From assembly GCF_009914755.1 (NCBI RefSeq), contig NC_060927.1: 64,000 nucleotides of DNA. One strand, 5' to 3'. This document shows positions 1 to 13,377 of the stretch, in pieces. The DNA is from the human T2T-CHM13v2.0 reference genome, Homo sapiens. The notes beneath the pieces were generated by a model, which worked only from the letters and a program-made list of their open reading frames with translations, was not told the origin of the DNA and did not search any database. Within the stretch, counting starts at the first letter, position 1. Every line of letters starts with the position of its first letter. A program made the translations under genes and the position numbers.

Positions 1-85
1 GTCTAAGCAAGTTTGACCAACAATACCAGCATGGCCCTTGAAGCAGCCTTCATATTAAGGGCCTATAAAGAAATCTCCTACAAAT

Positions 86-87
<2 letters not shown>

Positions 88-116
<29 letters not shown>

Positions 117-278
117 CACTATTTTAGAGGTGGGTCTCACTATGTTGTCCAGGCTGAAGTGCAGTGGCTATTCACAGGCATGCTCATAGCACACTGCAGC
201 ACTGAACTGCCAAAGCAATCTTCCCACCTCCTCCCCACAAGAAGCTAGGACTATAGGGCATGTGTCACCATATCTGGC
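88..278 (-). mobile_element. FAM (fossil Alu monomer) with (ATT)n tail-derived microsatellite at 88-116
   Basis: 7SL-like gcagtggctattcacaggc segment in a single monomer. Confidence 0.75.
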
Positions 279-856
279 TCAAAATGGCATTATTTTGTAT
301 GAAACATCTGTGGGATTTGAATGGAGAAGAGAACGCCTGATGAATGTATTCTTTGTATACCAAATATACAGTGGACTTTAACACTTAGTGATAAAAATGT
401 AATGATTTACATTCTGCTGACAGCATCCATATAGCCCTCAGTGTATTCAAAACAGAAAAATACTTTATTTGGCGTGCATATTACTCTCTTTCTTGCTTTC
501 AAGTAGAAAGAAAAAGCCACCAAATTTCTCTTTTCGTTATACCATTTTTTACATGAAATATTAAAGAATCTGGCACGCATTAGCAGGAAGAGGCCAAGCA
601 TATCTGGACTATGCCATTACCCTCTTCTTCAAAGCACTATGAAATGTAATCTTTGGTCACCAGATCACCTTAAGATCAGTGCTGCAGTGCAAATAAAGGC
701 ATTGCTAATAAAAAACAGTCTGCATTTGGAAGAGTTGTCCTGTACATACCCAATGGGGACTCAATGGGCAAGAAATCCCAAAGAAAATCATAAAAGAGGC
801 TCGGATGAAAAACAACAGTCCAATAATCATCGTAATAAAGCTCCCAATGATGGCCA

Positions 857-888
857 AAACAACAACAACAATAATAACAACAACAAAC
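857..888. repeat. (AAC)n/(AAT)n trinucleotide microsatellite
   Basis: aacaacaacaacaataataacaacaacaaac. Confidence 0.9.
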
Positions 889-1364
889 TCCTGGTGACAA
901 CTTGAATTTCATGCTTATTCTGTGATGGCAGAGCTGATGGCATCCTGGCTCTCAGAACAAAATCTGCAATAGATTCTTCAAGAGATGTGTTGTGAAAAAA
1001 TAGAAGGAAGGAAGGGAGAGTTTGGAGCTAGGTACTTTGGCACAGGATTTCAGTTTACATAAGCAGAATGCAATAAAATCTTCCTCGTCTAAATGATCTA
1101 CTTGAGAACAGCTTTCTCATCATGCTTACTGGTTGGATGTATTAGGTGGGTAAATATTTTTTTAAAGCAAACTCCTAAATCCCACCAGGAGTTGGGGAAA
1201 GGGAAGAAAAGAAAGGGTGTCAGAGTTGGGAGAGATGGACTATGACAGACTTTATGGTACAGAAAGGTCAAATGAACTCCGGATGAACTGGTTTACTGCA
1301 GAATGAGATAATAATCCAAACTATAAGAGAAATAGTTGGAGGAAGTCATTAGAAAGAGAAATGT

Positions 1365-1535
1365 GTACCAGGCACAGCATTATACTCTTCTTATCTCCAT
1401 TGAACAGATGAGGAAACTAAGGCCCAGCAAGGTAACTAGTCCCAATTCATATAGCTAATACATGGCAAAGCTTAAAGTTGAACTGCACTGCCCATTCTAG
1501 AATCCAAGGTCTTAACCACCATGTTACACGGTCTC
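1365..1535 (-). mobile_element. MIR fragment
   Basis: cattgaacagatgaggaaactaaggcccag MIR core. Confidence 0.7.
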
Positions 1536-1854
1536 CCTAAGATTGAGACCACAGGGCCATACTGAACAAAAGCAAGTAAAGACAGAACCAGATGTGAGAA
1601 GAGAAAAGATACCTTCAGAAATGCTTGTGAAGGGAATCATTTGAGGCTGACTTTGATGGATCAATGAGGGAAATGGCTGGGAGGGAGGAGGTGACAGCCT
1701 TGTTGTTATTCCAAAGAGGGGAATGAGGCAGACTCACTGTACTCAATGAAGCAGCCTTCTTGGCTGCAACAGAAACGTCACTTGCAAGAGAACTGCATTG
1801 TGTATAAATATGTACCCACAAATTATGAAATCTGACCACCAATCAATTTCTTAA

Positions 1855-2353
<499 letters not shown>

Positions 2354-2775
2354 CAATTTCTCAAAGTTATAAGCAGAGCAAATGACCTGCTGTAAAGGGT
2401 AGTTCAATTCTATCACATATAAGTGTGTATGTGCAAACCTGTATGTTTACTGATACATTATATCTCAATCTCAAAGTATCTCTAATCTAACTCACTCTTT
2501 TTGCTTATTATAACACATTCTTTCAAAATAAGGCGCATATAAATGTCTGTAATTTTATTACCCAGAAGTGGCAACATTTTTCTAAATCAGTAATGTTCTC
2601 CCAGGGTATTCCCCCAACCTCTCTACACATGACAGTAGGCCACACAAGCACCTCAAATATTGTCATTTAAAACTACACCAGAAAGTTTATTCATCAGCAG
2701 TAGAGAGATCTGAAATTGTTTTTCATTGGTGAAATTAGTAGTGTTCAAGATACGTGATAAGCTGAAAAGACTGGG

Positions 2776-2791
2776 TGTAAACATGTTTACA
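2776..2791. promoter_or_regulatory. Palindromic double forkhead motif TGTAAACATGTTTACA
   Basis: Perfect 16-bp palindrome made of GTAAACA + TGTTTAC; function is inferred. Confidence 0.5.
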
Positions 2792-2820
2792 TTAAAGGAG
2801 GCAGAAGAATTTGGCAAACA

Positions 2821-2970
2821 GGCTGGGCACTCATGCCTGTAATCTCGGCACTTTGGGAGGCTGAGGCGGGCAGATGGCCAAGCCCAGGAGTTCAAGACCA
2901 GCTTGGCCAACATGGTAAAACCCCGTTTCTACCAAAGAAATAAAAAATAAAAATTTAAAAATTAAAAAAA
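2821..2970 (+). mobile_element. Free left Alu monomer (FLAM_C-like)
   Basis: Single left arm plus A tail; 16-bp TSD agaagaatttggcaaa (2803-2818 / 2971-2986). Confidence 0.88.
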
Positions 2971-3357
2971 AGAAGAATTTGGCAAATCAGGAGGCTCCCA
3001 GCTGAAGAACTGTGCTCCACACATAGATCTTATTTGGTACAATGAGGGAACCTGTCATCTTTGGACTAGAAAGTGGGTTGATCCTGCCATCAAAATATCA
3101 TTGCTTGCTCCTTACCACACCTTTCATATGAGATGCCTGCTGGAGTCAGTGAGGGCAGCAAAGAGGGACTTCATGCCTCAGAGGAACACAATGTGTGACT
3201 TTTCTGGGCTTCCTTCTTGATACATTTCTGCCCATTTGGCAGAATTTTGCAGAGACTTGCTTTCAATGCAACCAGACACAAGATAGTGAAGAAATGCATA
3301 ACCCTTTCTACAGCTGACCAAGGTAGCTACGGTATTGGCTAAAAGAATCTGACAGTT

Positions 3358-3671
<314 letters not shown>

Positions 3672-3861
3672 CTGACAGTTTCAGAATGGCCAAATTGGCT
3701 CAGTTGGTCCTCAATATCCTCCACCTGTGACTGGCTTGGTTGCCCAGCCCTGAGCTCACGCCTGGTGCCCTTTGATCCAGCTGGACTGTGACCTGATCAA
3801 GCTGCTTGGGTGCAATGGCTGACATAGGTGGAATGAATGATCCCGTCACCCACTGAGATAG

Positions 3862-4188
<327 letters not shown>

Positions 4189-4593
4189 ACAAAGTCTAGA
4201 CCTCTTAAATCTCACAACACAGGGTTGTCCCAGGGCATCAGAGAGCAAAATGTTGAAAAAAAAAAAAATACAGGATCTTCCCCTAAAGCACTGGGAGAAA
4301 ACAGCCAGCAATAAACACATTTGCAGGTGGGTGAGATGAGAAGAACAACTATCAGAATTTGATCATGGTTTGAGGCCTAATACTTTCTATAGTACAGCAC
4401 TGAGAAGAGTTACAGGGAAATGTCTAGGTGTAATTTTGATAACATTACCGCTGGAAGAATTCGCAGCATACATGTTCCAAAACAGTATCTACAATCAAGA
4501 ACAATGTTAATATTTGATATCAGAATAAGATGATTTTTATTAACATGCGAGTGTTCATTTGACAAGACACAATCCTTTCAAAGAAAATAACAT

Positions 4594-4743
4594 GCCAGAC
4601 ATAGTGGCTTGTGCCTGTAATCCCAGCTACTCAGAAGGCTGCAGGGTGGGAAGATCTCTTGAGCCTAGGAGTTTGAGACTAGCCTAGGCAACACAGGGAG
4701 AACCTGTTTCAAAAGAAAAGCAGAAAGAAAAGAAAAGAAAAAA
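4594..4743 (+). mobile_element. FLAM_A-like Alu monomer
   Basis: Monomer with (GAAAA)n tail, flanked by aacatg. Confidence 0.78.
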
Positions 4744-5299
4744 CATGAACTTATACATGTAATAACATGTATAACTCTTCCTCCTGCTATGCTTCAAAGC
4801 TGAAGCACACAATATCACTTCTCAGGCTGACATAAAACCAGCATAAAATGCTGTGTGATATGTACTTTAACATTCTCCTTTGCTTTCTACTTTTTCTTCA
4901 TTGGGCAAAGGTTTTCTTAACTCTAAGGCACAATGATCCCACATTTTTAAGAGCATTTCTACTTTCTTGTGATTTTAATCTTATCAATATAAACAATTCA
5001 TTACATATAAAATATTGTAAGTCACTTCTATGTTTTTATAAAACTTTTCATATAATTAAAGCGTCATGTCAGAAAAAAACATCCTTTGAGAAGATGACAG
5101 TCCACACATTTGAGTTTGAAATGCATCGATATTGACCATAGGAATGAACAAAAATAAAGAAGTGGAAGTCAGCGGTTCAGCAAACAGCCCTATTTTTGCT
5201 GTGCTTACTTTAATCCACAAAACCTACAGAAGGGAGAAAAACTGGTAAAGAATCTGTGGACAAATTTATAACTAAAAGAAATTTGCATTAAGTGCAATT

Positions 5300-5500
5300 A
5301 AGACATGAGTGCCCAATAATAGCAGATTGCCTTAATAAATTATGTTACATTCATGCAGTAGTGGAATATTATGCAGCCATTAAAAATAAGGTTATGTGGC
5401 AACATTTAGTGACATGGAAAAATGTGCTTGATAAAGCCTCAGGTAGAACTTATATTACAAAAGAGAGAGGCAGAGTTTGCAGAAGCACAGTTTTTGAATC
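5300..5500 (+). mobile_element. Old L1M 3' fragment
   Basis: aataaattatgttacattcatgcag...tggaatattatgcagccattaaaaat motif. Confidence 0.6.
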
Positions 5501-5619
5501 TTGCTGAGTCCCCACATAAAAACATACAGAGCAACTAGAGAGCAAAACCAAAAATCCACAAGCAAACAAACATATAAGAAAATCAGGCCAGGCACAGTGG
5601 CTCCCACCTGTAATCCCAG

Positions 5620-7149
5620 TGAGAGGTGACAGCGTGCTGGCAGCCCTCGCAGCCCTCGCTTGCTCTGGGTGCCTCCTCGGCCTTGGTGCCCACTCTGGCC
5701 GCGCTTGAGGGGCCCTTCAGCCCGCCGCTGCACTGTGGGAGGCCCTTTCTGGGCTAGCCAAGGCCGGAGACGGCTCCCTCAGCTTGTGGGGAGGTGTGGA
5801 GAGAGAGGTGTGGGCGGGAACTGGGGCTGCGCAGGGTGCTTGTGGGCCAGCGCGAGTTCTGGGGTGAGTGGGCTCGGCGGCCCCGCACTTGGAGTGGCCA
5901 GCTGGCCCGCAAGCCTGGGGCAGTGAGGGGCTTAGCACCTGGGCCAGCAGCTGCTGTGCTCAATTTCTCCCTGGGCCTTAGCTGCCTCCCCGCGGGGCAG
6001 GGCTTGGGACCTGCAGCCTTCCATGCCTGAGCCTCCCCGCTCCCCACCCCCCGCCATGGGCTCCTGCGCAGCCCAAGCCTCCCCGACAAGCGCCGCTCCC
6101 TGCTCCACGGCACCCAGTCCCATCGACCGCCCAAGGGCTGAGGAGTGCGGGCGCACGGCGCGGGACTGGCACGCAGCTCCACCTGCGGCCCCGGTGCGGG
6201 ATCCACTGGGTGAAGCCAACTGGGCTCCTGAGTCTAGTGGGGACTTGGAGAATCTTCACGTCTAGCTAAGGGATTGTAAATACACCAATCAGCACTCTGT
6301 ATCTAGCTCAAGGTTTGTAAATACACCAATCAGCACCCTGTGTCTAGCTCAGGGTTTGTGACTGGACCAATCGGCACTCTGCATCTAGTTAATCTGGTGG
6401 AGACTTGGAGAACCTTTATGTCTAGCTAAGGGATTGTAAATACGCCAATCAGTACTCTGTGTCTACCTCAAGGTTTGTCAACACACCAATCAGCACCCTG
6501 TGTCTAGCTCAGGGTTTGTAAATACACCAATCAACACTCTGTATCTAGCTAATCTAGTGGGGAGGTGGAGAACTTTTGTGTCTAGTTCAGGGATTGTAAA
6601 TGCACCAATCAGCACCCTGTCAACATGGACCAATCAGCTCTCTGTAAAACAGACCAACTGGCTCTTTGTAAAATGGGCCAATCAGCAGGATGTGGGTGGG
6701 GCCACATAGAGAAATAAAAAGCAGGCTGCCGGAGCCAGCAGTGGCAACCCGCTTGGGTCCCCTTCCATACTGTGGAAGCTTTGTTCTTTCGCTGTTTGCA
6801 ATAAATCTTGCTATTGTTCACTCTTTGGGTCCACACTGCCTTTATGAGCTGTAACACTCACCGCAGCTTCACTCCTGGAGCCAGCGAGACTACGAACCCA
6901 CCGGGAGGAATGAACAACTCCAGACGCGCCGCCTTAAGAGCTGTAACGCTCACCGCGAAGGTCTGCAGCTTCACGCCTGAGCCAGCGAGACCACGAACCC
7001 ACCAGAAGGAAGAAACTCCAAACACATCCGAACATCAGAAAGAAGAAACTCCGGACATGCCGCCTTGAAGAACTGTAACACTCACAGCGAGGGTCCGCGG
7101 CTTCATTCTTGAAGTCAGTGAGACCAAGAACCCACCAATTCCGGACACA
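5620..7149 (+). mobile_element. Solo LTR12C (ERV9 LTR), 1530 bp, inserted into an Alu
   Basis: Starts TGAGAGGTGACAGCGTGCTGGCAG and ends CCAATTCCGGACACA. 4-bp TSD ccag (5616-5619 / 7150-7153). GC-rich U3 and tandem CCAAT repeats. Confidence 0.95.
6250..6730 (+). promoter_or_regulatory. ERV9 LTR enhancer/promoter: array of 9 CCAAT (NF-Y) boxes and an AATAAAA TATA-like element
   Basis: CCAAT at 6285, 6326, 6367, 6445, 6486, 6527, 6605, 6630, 6678; gaaataaaaagcaggctgcc at about 6711-6730. Confidence 0.8.
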
Positions 7150-7206
7150 CCAGCACTTTAGGAGGCTGAGGTGGGTGGATCACTTGAGGTCAGGAGTTTG
7201 AGACTA

Positions 7207-7398
<192 letters not shown>

Positions 7399-8207
7399 CT
7401 ATCTCAAAAAAGTAAAAAATAAAATCAAGTGACCAGTGTCACTTTGAACACTGTAATACAACAGATGTGGAAAAGCTAAGACTAGCCTCAAGTCCTACAG
7501 AATAGTAGCACCTAGGTGGGAAGAAGCAGAGGGCGGCAATGCAGCAACGGAAAGAACTGAGAAAAAGAACCCCAGTATTGCCAATAAGTACTAAATGGAC
7601 AATATGGTGAGCCAAGTTTAAAATAGCAGCTGAACTTAGGGCTGTGGGGTATTTCCCGTTCCAACAAAGGGTCAGAGCAAAGGGCCCGTATTAAGAAAAG
7701 TCTGCAGAGCTGGGAGGAGTCTAGTGCTTATGAACTCTCAAAACTGGGCTGTGAGGTCTCCATTCTAGCATAGGACTCCACACTGAGGAAAAACTCCTGG
7801 CAACAGAATCAAAATCAAAAAGGACAGAGAAAACCAAGAGGAAAGATAAGAGAAAGGCCTCCCCAAAGTAGAGAAGAATACAGTAAAGATATTTTAGAAA
7901 GCATGCCAGTAGCCAAGTAGTAGAAAGTAACCCAAAAGAGAGAGAGCTCTAAGGAATTAGAAGATCTCTCTTAATACAGCCACCCTGCTAAAAGTTCAGA
8001 AAAATCACTTTCACGTAAAAATGAGCAATATAAAAATTTTGAGGTAAAATTCTATACAAAGTGATAAAAAAAAGGAACAGAATAACATCTTACACAAAAT
8101 GAAAGCATTTATCAGACATGTAATTACTTGTCTGTAACCTATTACTTCAAAATGAGCTAAAAGACAATAAGAATAAGATATACGGCCTGAAAGAATTACA
8201 TAAATCA

Positions 8208-8520
8208 AGCCACGTACAGTGGCTCACACCTGTAATCCCAGCACTTTGGGATGCCGAGGTGGGAGGATCACTTGCACTCACGAGTTTGAAGCCAGCCAGG
8301 GCAAGATGGCGAGACGCTGTCCCCACAAAAAAATACAAAGAAATAGCTGGGTGTGGTGGTGCGTGCCTGTGATCCCAGCTATTTAGGAGGCTGAGGTGGG
8401 AGGATCGCTTGAGCCTGGGGGCACAGGTTGCAGTGAGCTGAAATGGCACCACTGCACTTCAGCCTGAATGACAGAGTGAGACCCTATCTTAAAAAAACAA
8501 AACAAAAGAAAATAAACAAA
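8208..8520 (+). mobile_element. AluJ
   Basis: Dimer; TSD aaagaattacataaat. Confidence 0.9.
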
Positions 8521-8791
8521 AAAGAATTACATAAATAAGAATTCGACTGGCTGAGAAATGGGGGAAGAAAGAATAAACTTGAAAAAAAGAAAAATCATTC
8601 TAGAAATAAGAAAATACACTAGAGGGACAGATAGCAAATAGATACAACAAATAACGCTTTAAAAAAATCTAGAAGGTTAAAATGAAAAACAAAATCAAAC
8701 AGAAATTAAGAGAGAGAGAAGGATTTAAGGGAAAGTATCGAATACTGAAGACAGGTAAAGGAGATCCAACATATAGAAAATAGGAATCCCT

Positions 8792-9089
<298 letters not shown>

Positions 9090-9650
9090 GTAGGAATCCC
9101 TGGAGAGGAAAGCAAAGGAAGAAAATTGTCCAAATACCTAAAACTATAATTCAAAGAAACATTCCTGAAATTAAAAAAATATTCTGAAACTACATATTGC
9201 AAAAGGACCCTGGACACTGAAGCATATTTGCTCCAAATGACCGACACTAAGATATAATCTAATAAAATTACTGGACTTAAGACTTATTATGCCAGAAGAA
9301 AAAGGAGTAACATATTTAAGATATGCAAAGAAAAAATGTGAGGCAACATTTTTAATTCAGTAAAGATTGTGGTTTAAGTATAAAGAACACAGCAAACTGT
9401 TACGAAAATTCAAGAATTCAGGGAATGCAGTACCCATGAGCCTTTTCCAAAAAATCTAACAGAAATGAAGTTTAGACAAAATGACTACAGACATTGACAT
9501 AAGCACTGAAGAACTGGTACTGAGCACTGAACATACCTGTATTACTAAAAAGTACAATAGGGTTAGAGTTAAAAGGGGGAGAGTATCATATAAATGGCTA
9601 AATGTCCTGAAAATGCAAATCTAATACAACTATCAAAAAATAATGCAAAG

Positions 9651-9964
9651 AGTGAGTGGCTCACACTTATAATCCTAGCACTTTGGGCAGCCAAGGTGGG
9701 AGGATCACTTGGGGCCAGGAGTTCAAGATCAGCCTGGGAAACCTAGTGAGACCCCACCTCTACAAAAAAATTAAATTAAATTAAATTAAAAATTAAAAAT
9801 CATTAGCCAGGCATGGTGGCACATACCTGTAGTCCCAGCTACAACAGAGGCTGAGGTGGGAGGATCACTTGAGCCCAGGAGTTCGAAATTACAGTGAGCT
9901 ATAATCGTGCCACGGCGCTCCAGCCTGGGCAACACAGCAATATCCTGTCTTCAAAAAAAAAAAA
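9651..9964 (+). mobile_element. AluJ
   Basis: Dimer with expanded (AAATT)n linker. Confidence 0.88.
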
Positions 9965-10371
9965 CATAATAATGGAGTTAGACTAGGGATAGCATATGTA
10001 ATAAAATGTTTACTCTTCTTGCTAATCATAACTGGTAGTGGAAGTATTTAGTATTGTTATTCTAAGACTGTTGTGTGTAAGGTAGAGAAATAAGCAGATG
10101 GGCAATTATGGGATATTCTAATGCTACCATCCCCTTTGTTCTCGAGAACCAAAACTGTCAGCATGGAAGAAAGGAGATAAAGATGTAATAAATAGGAGGT
10201 TAAATAAAAGCCCTGTAATCCTGAATATGAAATGGAAATATCAGGATGAACTCATGAGGCCTGGACACACTCACAACAAGGAGCACTGTTAGCGCTAAGA
10301 TAATTGTCTTGAAACACAAATTCCCACTAAAAGAAATGGGTTTCTAGATAAATGGTTGATTTCAATTCTCA

Positions 10372-10710
<339 letters not shown>

Positions 10711-10920
10711 TACAAGGTGAGTCTGAAACATTCTGTCATAGCAGGGAGCAAAGAAGCTATGAAAGACCGTAGGGTCATATCAGAAGGACAGAGGAGCGAA
10801 CACAAAGAAGTTACACTCATGAAAGACAGACAATTTGATCTTCAATAAAAGTTTAAAAAATGCAATAAATTGAAATCTACTAACATGTTTAAATTTATAG
10901 TTTATAAAAACATAAAAAAT

Positions 10921-11147
10921 TTTTAGTTTATTTTTATTTTACTGTAAGTTCTGGGATACATGTGCAGAATGTGCAGGTTACACAGGTATACGTGTGCCAT
11001 GGTGGTTTGCTGCACCTATCAACCAGACATCTAGATTTTAAGCCCCACATGCATTAGGTATTTGTCCTAATGCTCTCCCTCCCCTTGCCCTCCACCCCCC
11101 AATAGGCCCCAGTGTGTGAGGTTCCCCTCCCTGTGTCCATGTGTTCT
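10921..11147 (-). mobile_element. 5'-truncated L1PA (L1PA8-like) 3' end
   Basis: taagttctgggatacatgtgcagaatgtgcagg...ctgtgtccatgtgttct; TSD ataaaaacat(a/g)aaaa. Confidence 0.88.
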
Positions 11148-11957
11148 GATAAAAACATGAAAATTTAATGGTTACTTTCAGAAAAGGAGAGCGAGTCAAC
11201 TCATTATTTTGAAACTTAGTAAATAGAGGGAAAGAATTAGACATTTATCCTGTATTACCTAAACGAACAGTACCACTGGGTAACTAAAGAGTAGATGAAG
11301 AATAAAATTACAAAAGCATCCCAGCTAGTAAGTAGAATTAGAATATCACCGTGTTGCATCTCCCAGTGAATTAATGGATCTAGGCAGTAAGGATTAATGA
11401 CCGTCAATATCACAAAAAGGAAGACAATAAGATATTATATCCCTCACAAATGAAAGAACACAACACCACTTAGAGTTGTGCTGAAGGGATCAAACATGAG
11501 CCTCTGGATCCAGCTTGCCAATGTGCAGGAGATAGAGAAGGCAGAGGGACATGTTGAATTGAGGATGCAATCAGCAACTTCCAGGCTCTGGGGAACCCTA
11601 CAGCTCAGGGGGCCAGGGATCTCTGAAAGGTGGTAAAGTACAAAGAAAAGAAAGGCATAGACAGGAAATCTTCAGATTAAGAAACTTAAAAGACATATCA
11701 AACATTTAAAAAGTGGACAATATTAAACTGTGGTGTCTAAGGATGCACATGTAGGTGATCAAATAATTAACAAATGGAAATGATTATGATAAAAGTAAAA
11801 ACATGAGTTGTTTTTGGAAAGGGCTGTGAGTGGAACAGGACACAGGAGAAACTTCAAGGTGGCTAAGTTCAATTTCTTGATTTGGGTGGCAAGGTTCCCT
11901 GCCTTAAAACAATTTTTATGTAAATATATACAAATACATATATATGAATGCAACTTA

Positions 11958-12090
11958 ATACAGTAGCCACATATGGCTATTATAACGGAAATTTAAAATT
12001 AGGTAAAATTTAGTCCCTCAGTTATACTAGCCACATCTGCAGTGCTCAGTAGACAATGGCTACCTTTTATACAGTATGGAAATAGGACAT
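11958..12090. mobile_element. MER3/MER33-type hAT-Charlie fragment
   Basis: tagccacatatggcta...ctagccacatctgcagtgctcagtag. Confidence 0.6.
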
Positions 12091-13091
12091 CTGGTTCAGA
12101 ACTGATCTGTGCGCGAGCATGTGTATAGTTGGGAGTGGGTGGGTAGTTTTCTATAACTGTTCTACTTTATAAAAATATTGAAAGTGCAGGCCCCCAAATA
12201 CATTACACAGCTATACATATATTATCTCAAATATAGAAATATTGGCTATTCTTTGAAGTAATAACAAAGGGCATATACCTTCCAGAAGATTGATCAATGA
12301 TATGAAACCATTTTATGCCATGACACAGCAGGGACCCCAATCAGTCCAATGGATCTGACTTCCAGTTGCTGGTACATGGTAGCAAAAACTTTCATCTCAA
12401 GGATAATGTAGCTGTGATCAGAAAAGGTTAATAAGCTCTTCTCCATTATGGATTGATAACTAATCATTTCAATTATCATTAAACATTTATTAGACATTGG
12501 GAACAGAGAAGGCTATGGCAGAGTGGAGCAGCAGCGTCCATGCCAGACAGACACTCCAAACAAGGGACTTAAGATATGTAACTCCGTTATACACAAGGAG
12601 GACGAGGAAGCGCTAGTTTCACAGGGCTGGACATCCTTAGGTCACAGTCATCATACCTCTGTACTGCTGCTGAGCTCATAGTAAGTATTAAGGAGGAATT
12701 TCCTCTGAAGAGATTCGAAAGAGGTGTACGAAAGGAAAAAATGAAAGCGTGGCTTATGCTCTCATAAAATGTTTCTAAGCAGGATAAATGACATAAGAGA
12801 AATGGGAGGCTATATGTTCACACAGATCAAAGTGAGATCTGCAAAAACATGTGTTACATAAAGAGCAGAGGGCCTAAAAAGAAATTACTTAGAGGTCAAA
12901 ACAAAGAATCTCAGAGAACAAATAGGTACAAAGGCAGGGGTGTCCACTAATCCTCTTCGGTTATTAGCAGGACAAGGGTCAGTGTTATAGAAGTGGATAA
13001 TTATGAGGGACGGATTTGAATAACCTAAAGAAAAAGGATGGAGAAACAAAACATCTTAACTACAAAATGCCTTTCCAACCCGAGTCTTTAA

Positions 13092-13377
<286 letters not shown>

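Noticed and set aside
407-963. Possible minus-strand terminal exon (ttgcag acceptor near 964, AATAAA near 464-469) and poly-Asn/Cys ORFs
   Set aside because: Weak acceptor with a competing upstream AG and no recognisable protein; the low-complexity peptides come from the (AAC)n repeat
4751-4774. 10-bp-arm inverted repeat ttatacatgt-aata-acatgtataa with two CATG cores
   Set aside because: Short and AT-rich; poor match to p53 RRRCWWGYYY flanks
6250-6690. Regularly spaced repeats superficially like a CRISPR array
   Set aside because: Tandem ERV9 U3 repeats without unique spacers, in primate DNA with no cas genes
5455-7068. Cluster of overlapping ORFs up to 150 aa and a CpG-island-like region
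   Set aside because: They lie mostly or wholly inside the GC-rich LTR12C, where few stop codons are expected; not a gene or host CpG-island promoter
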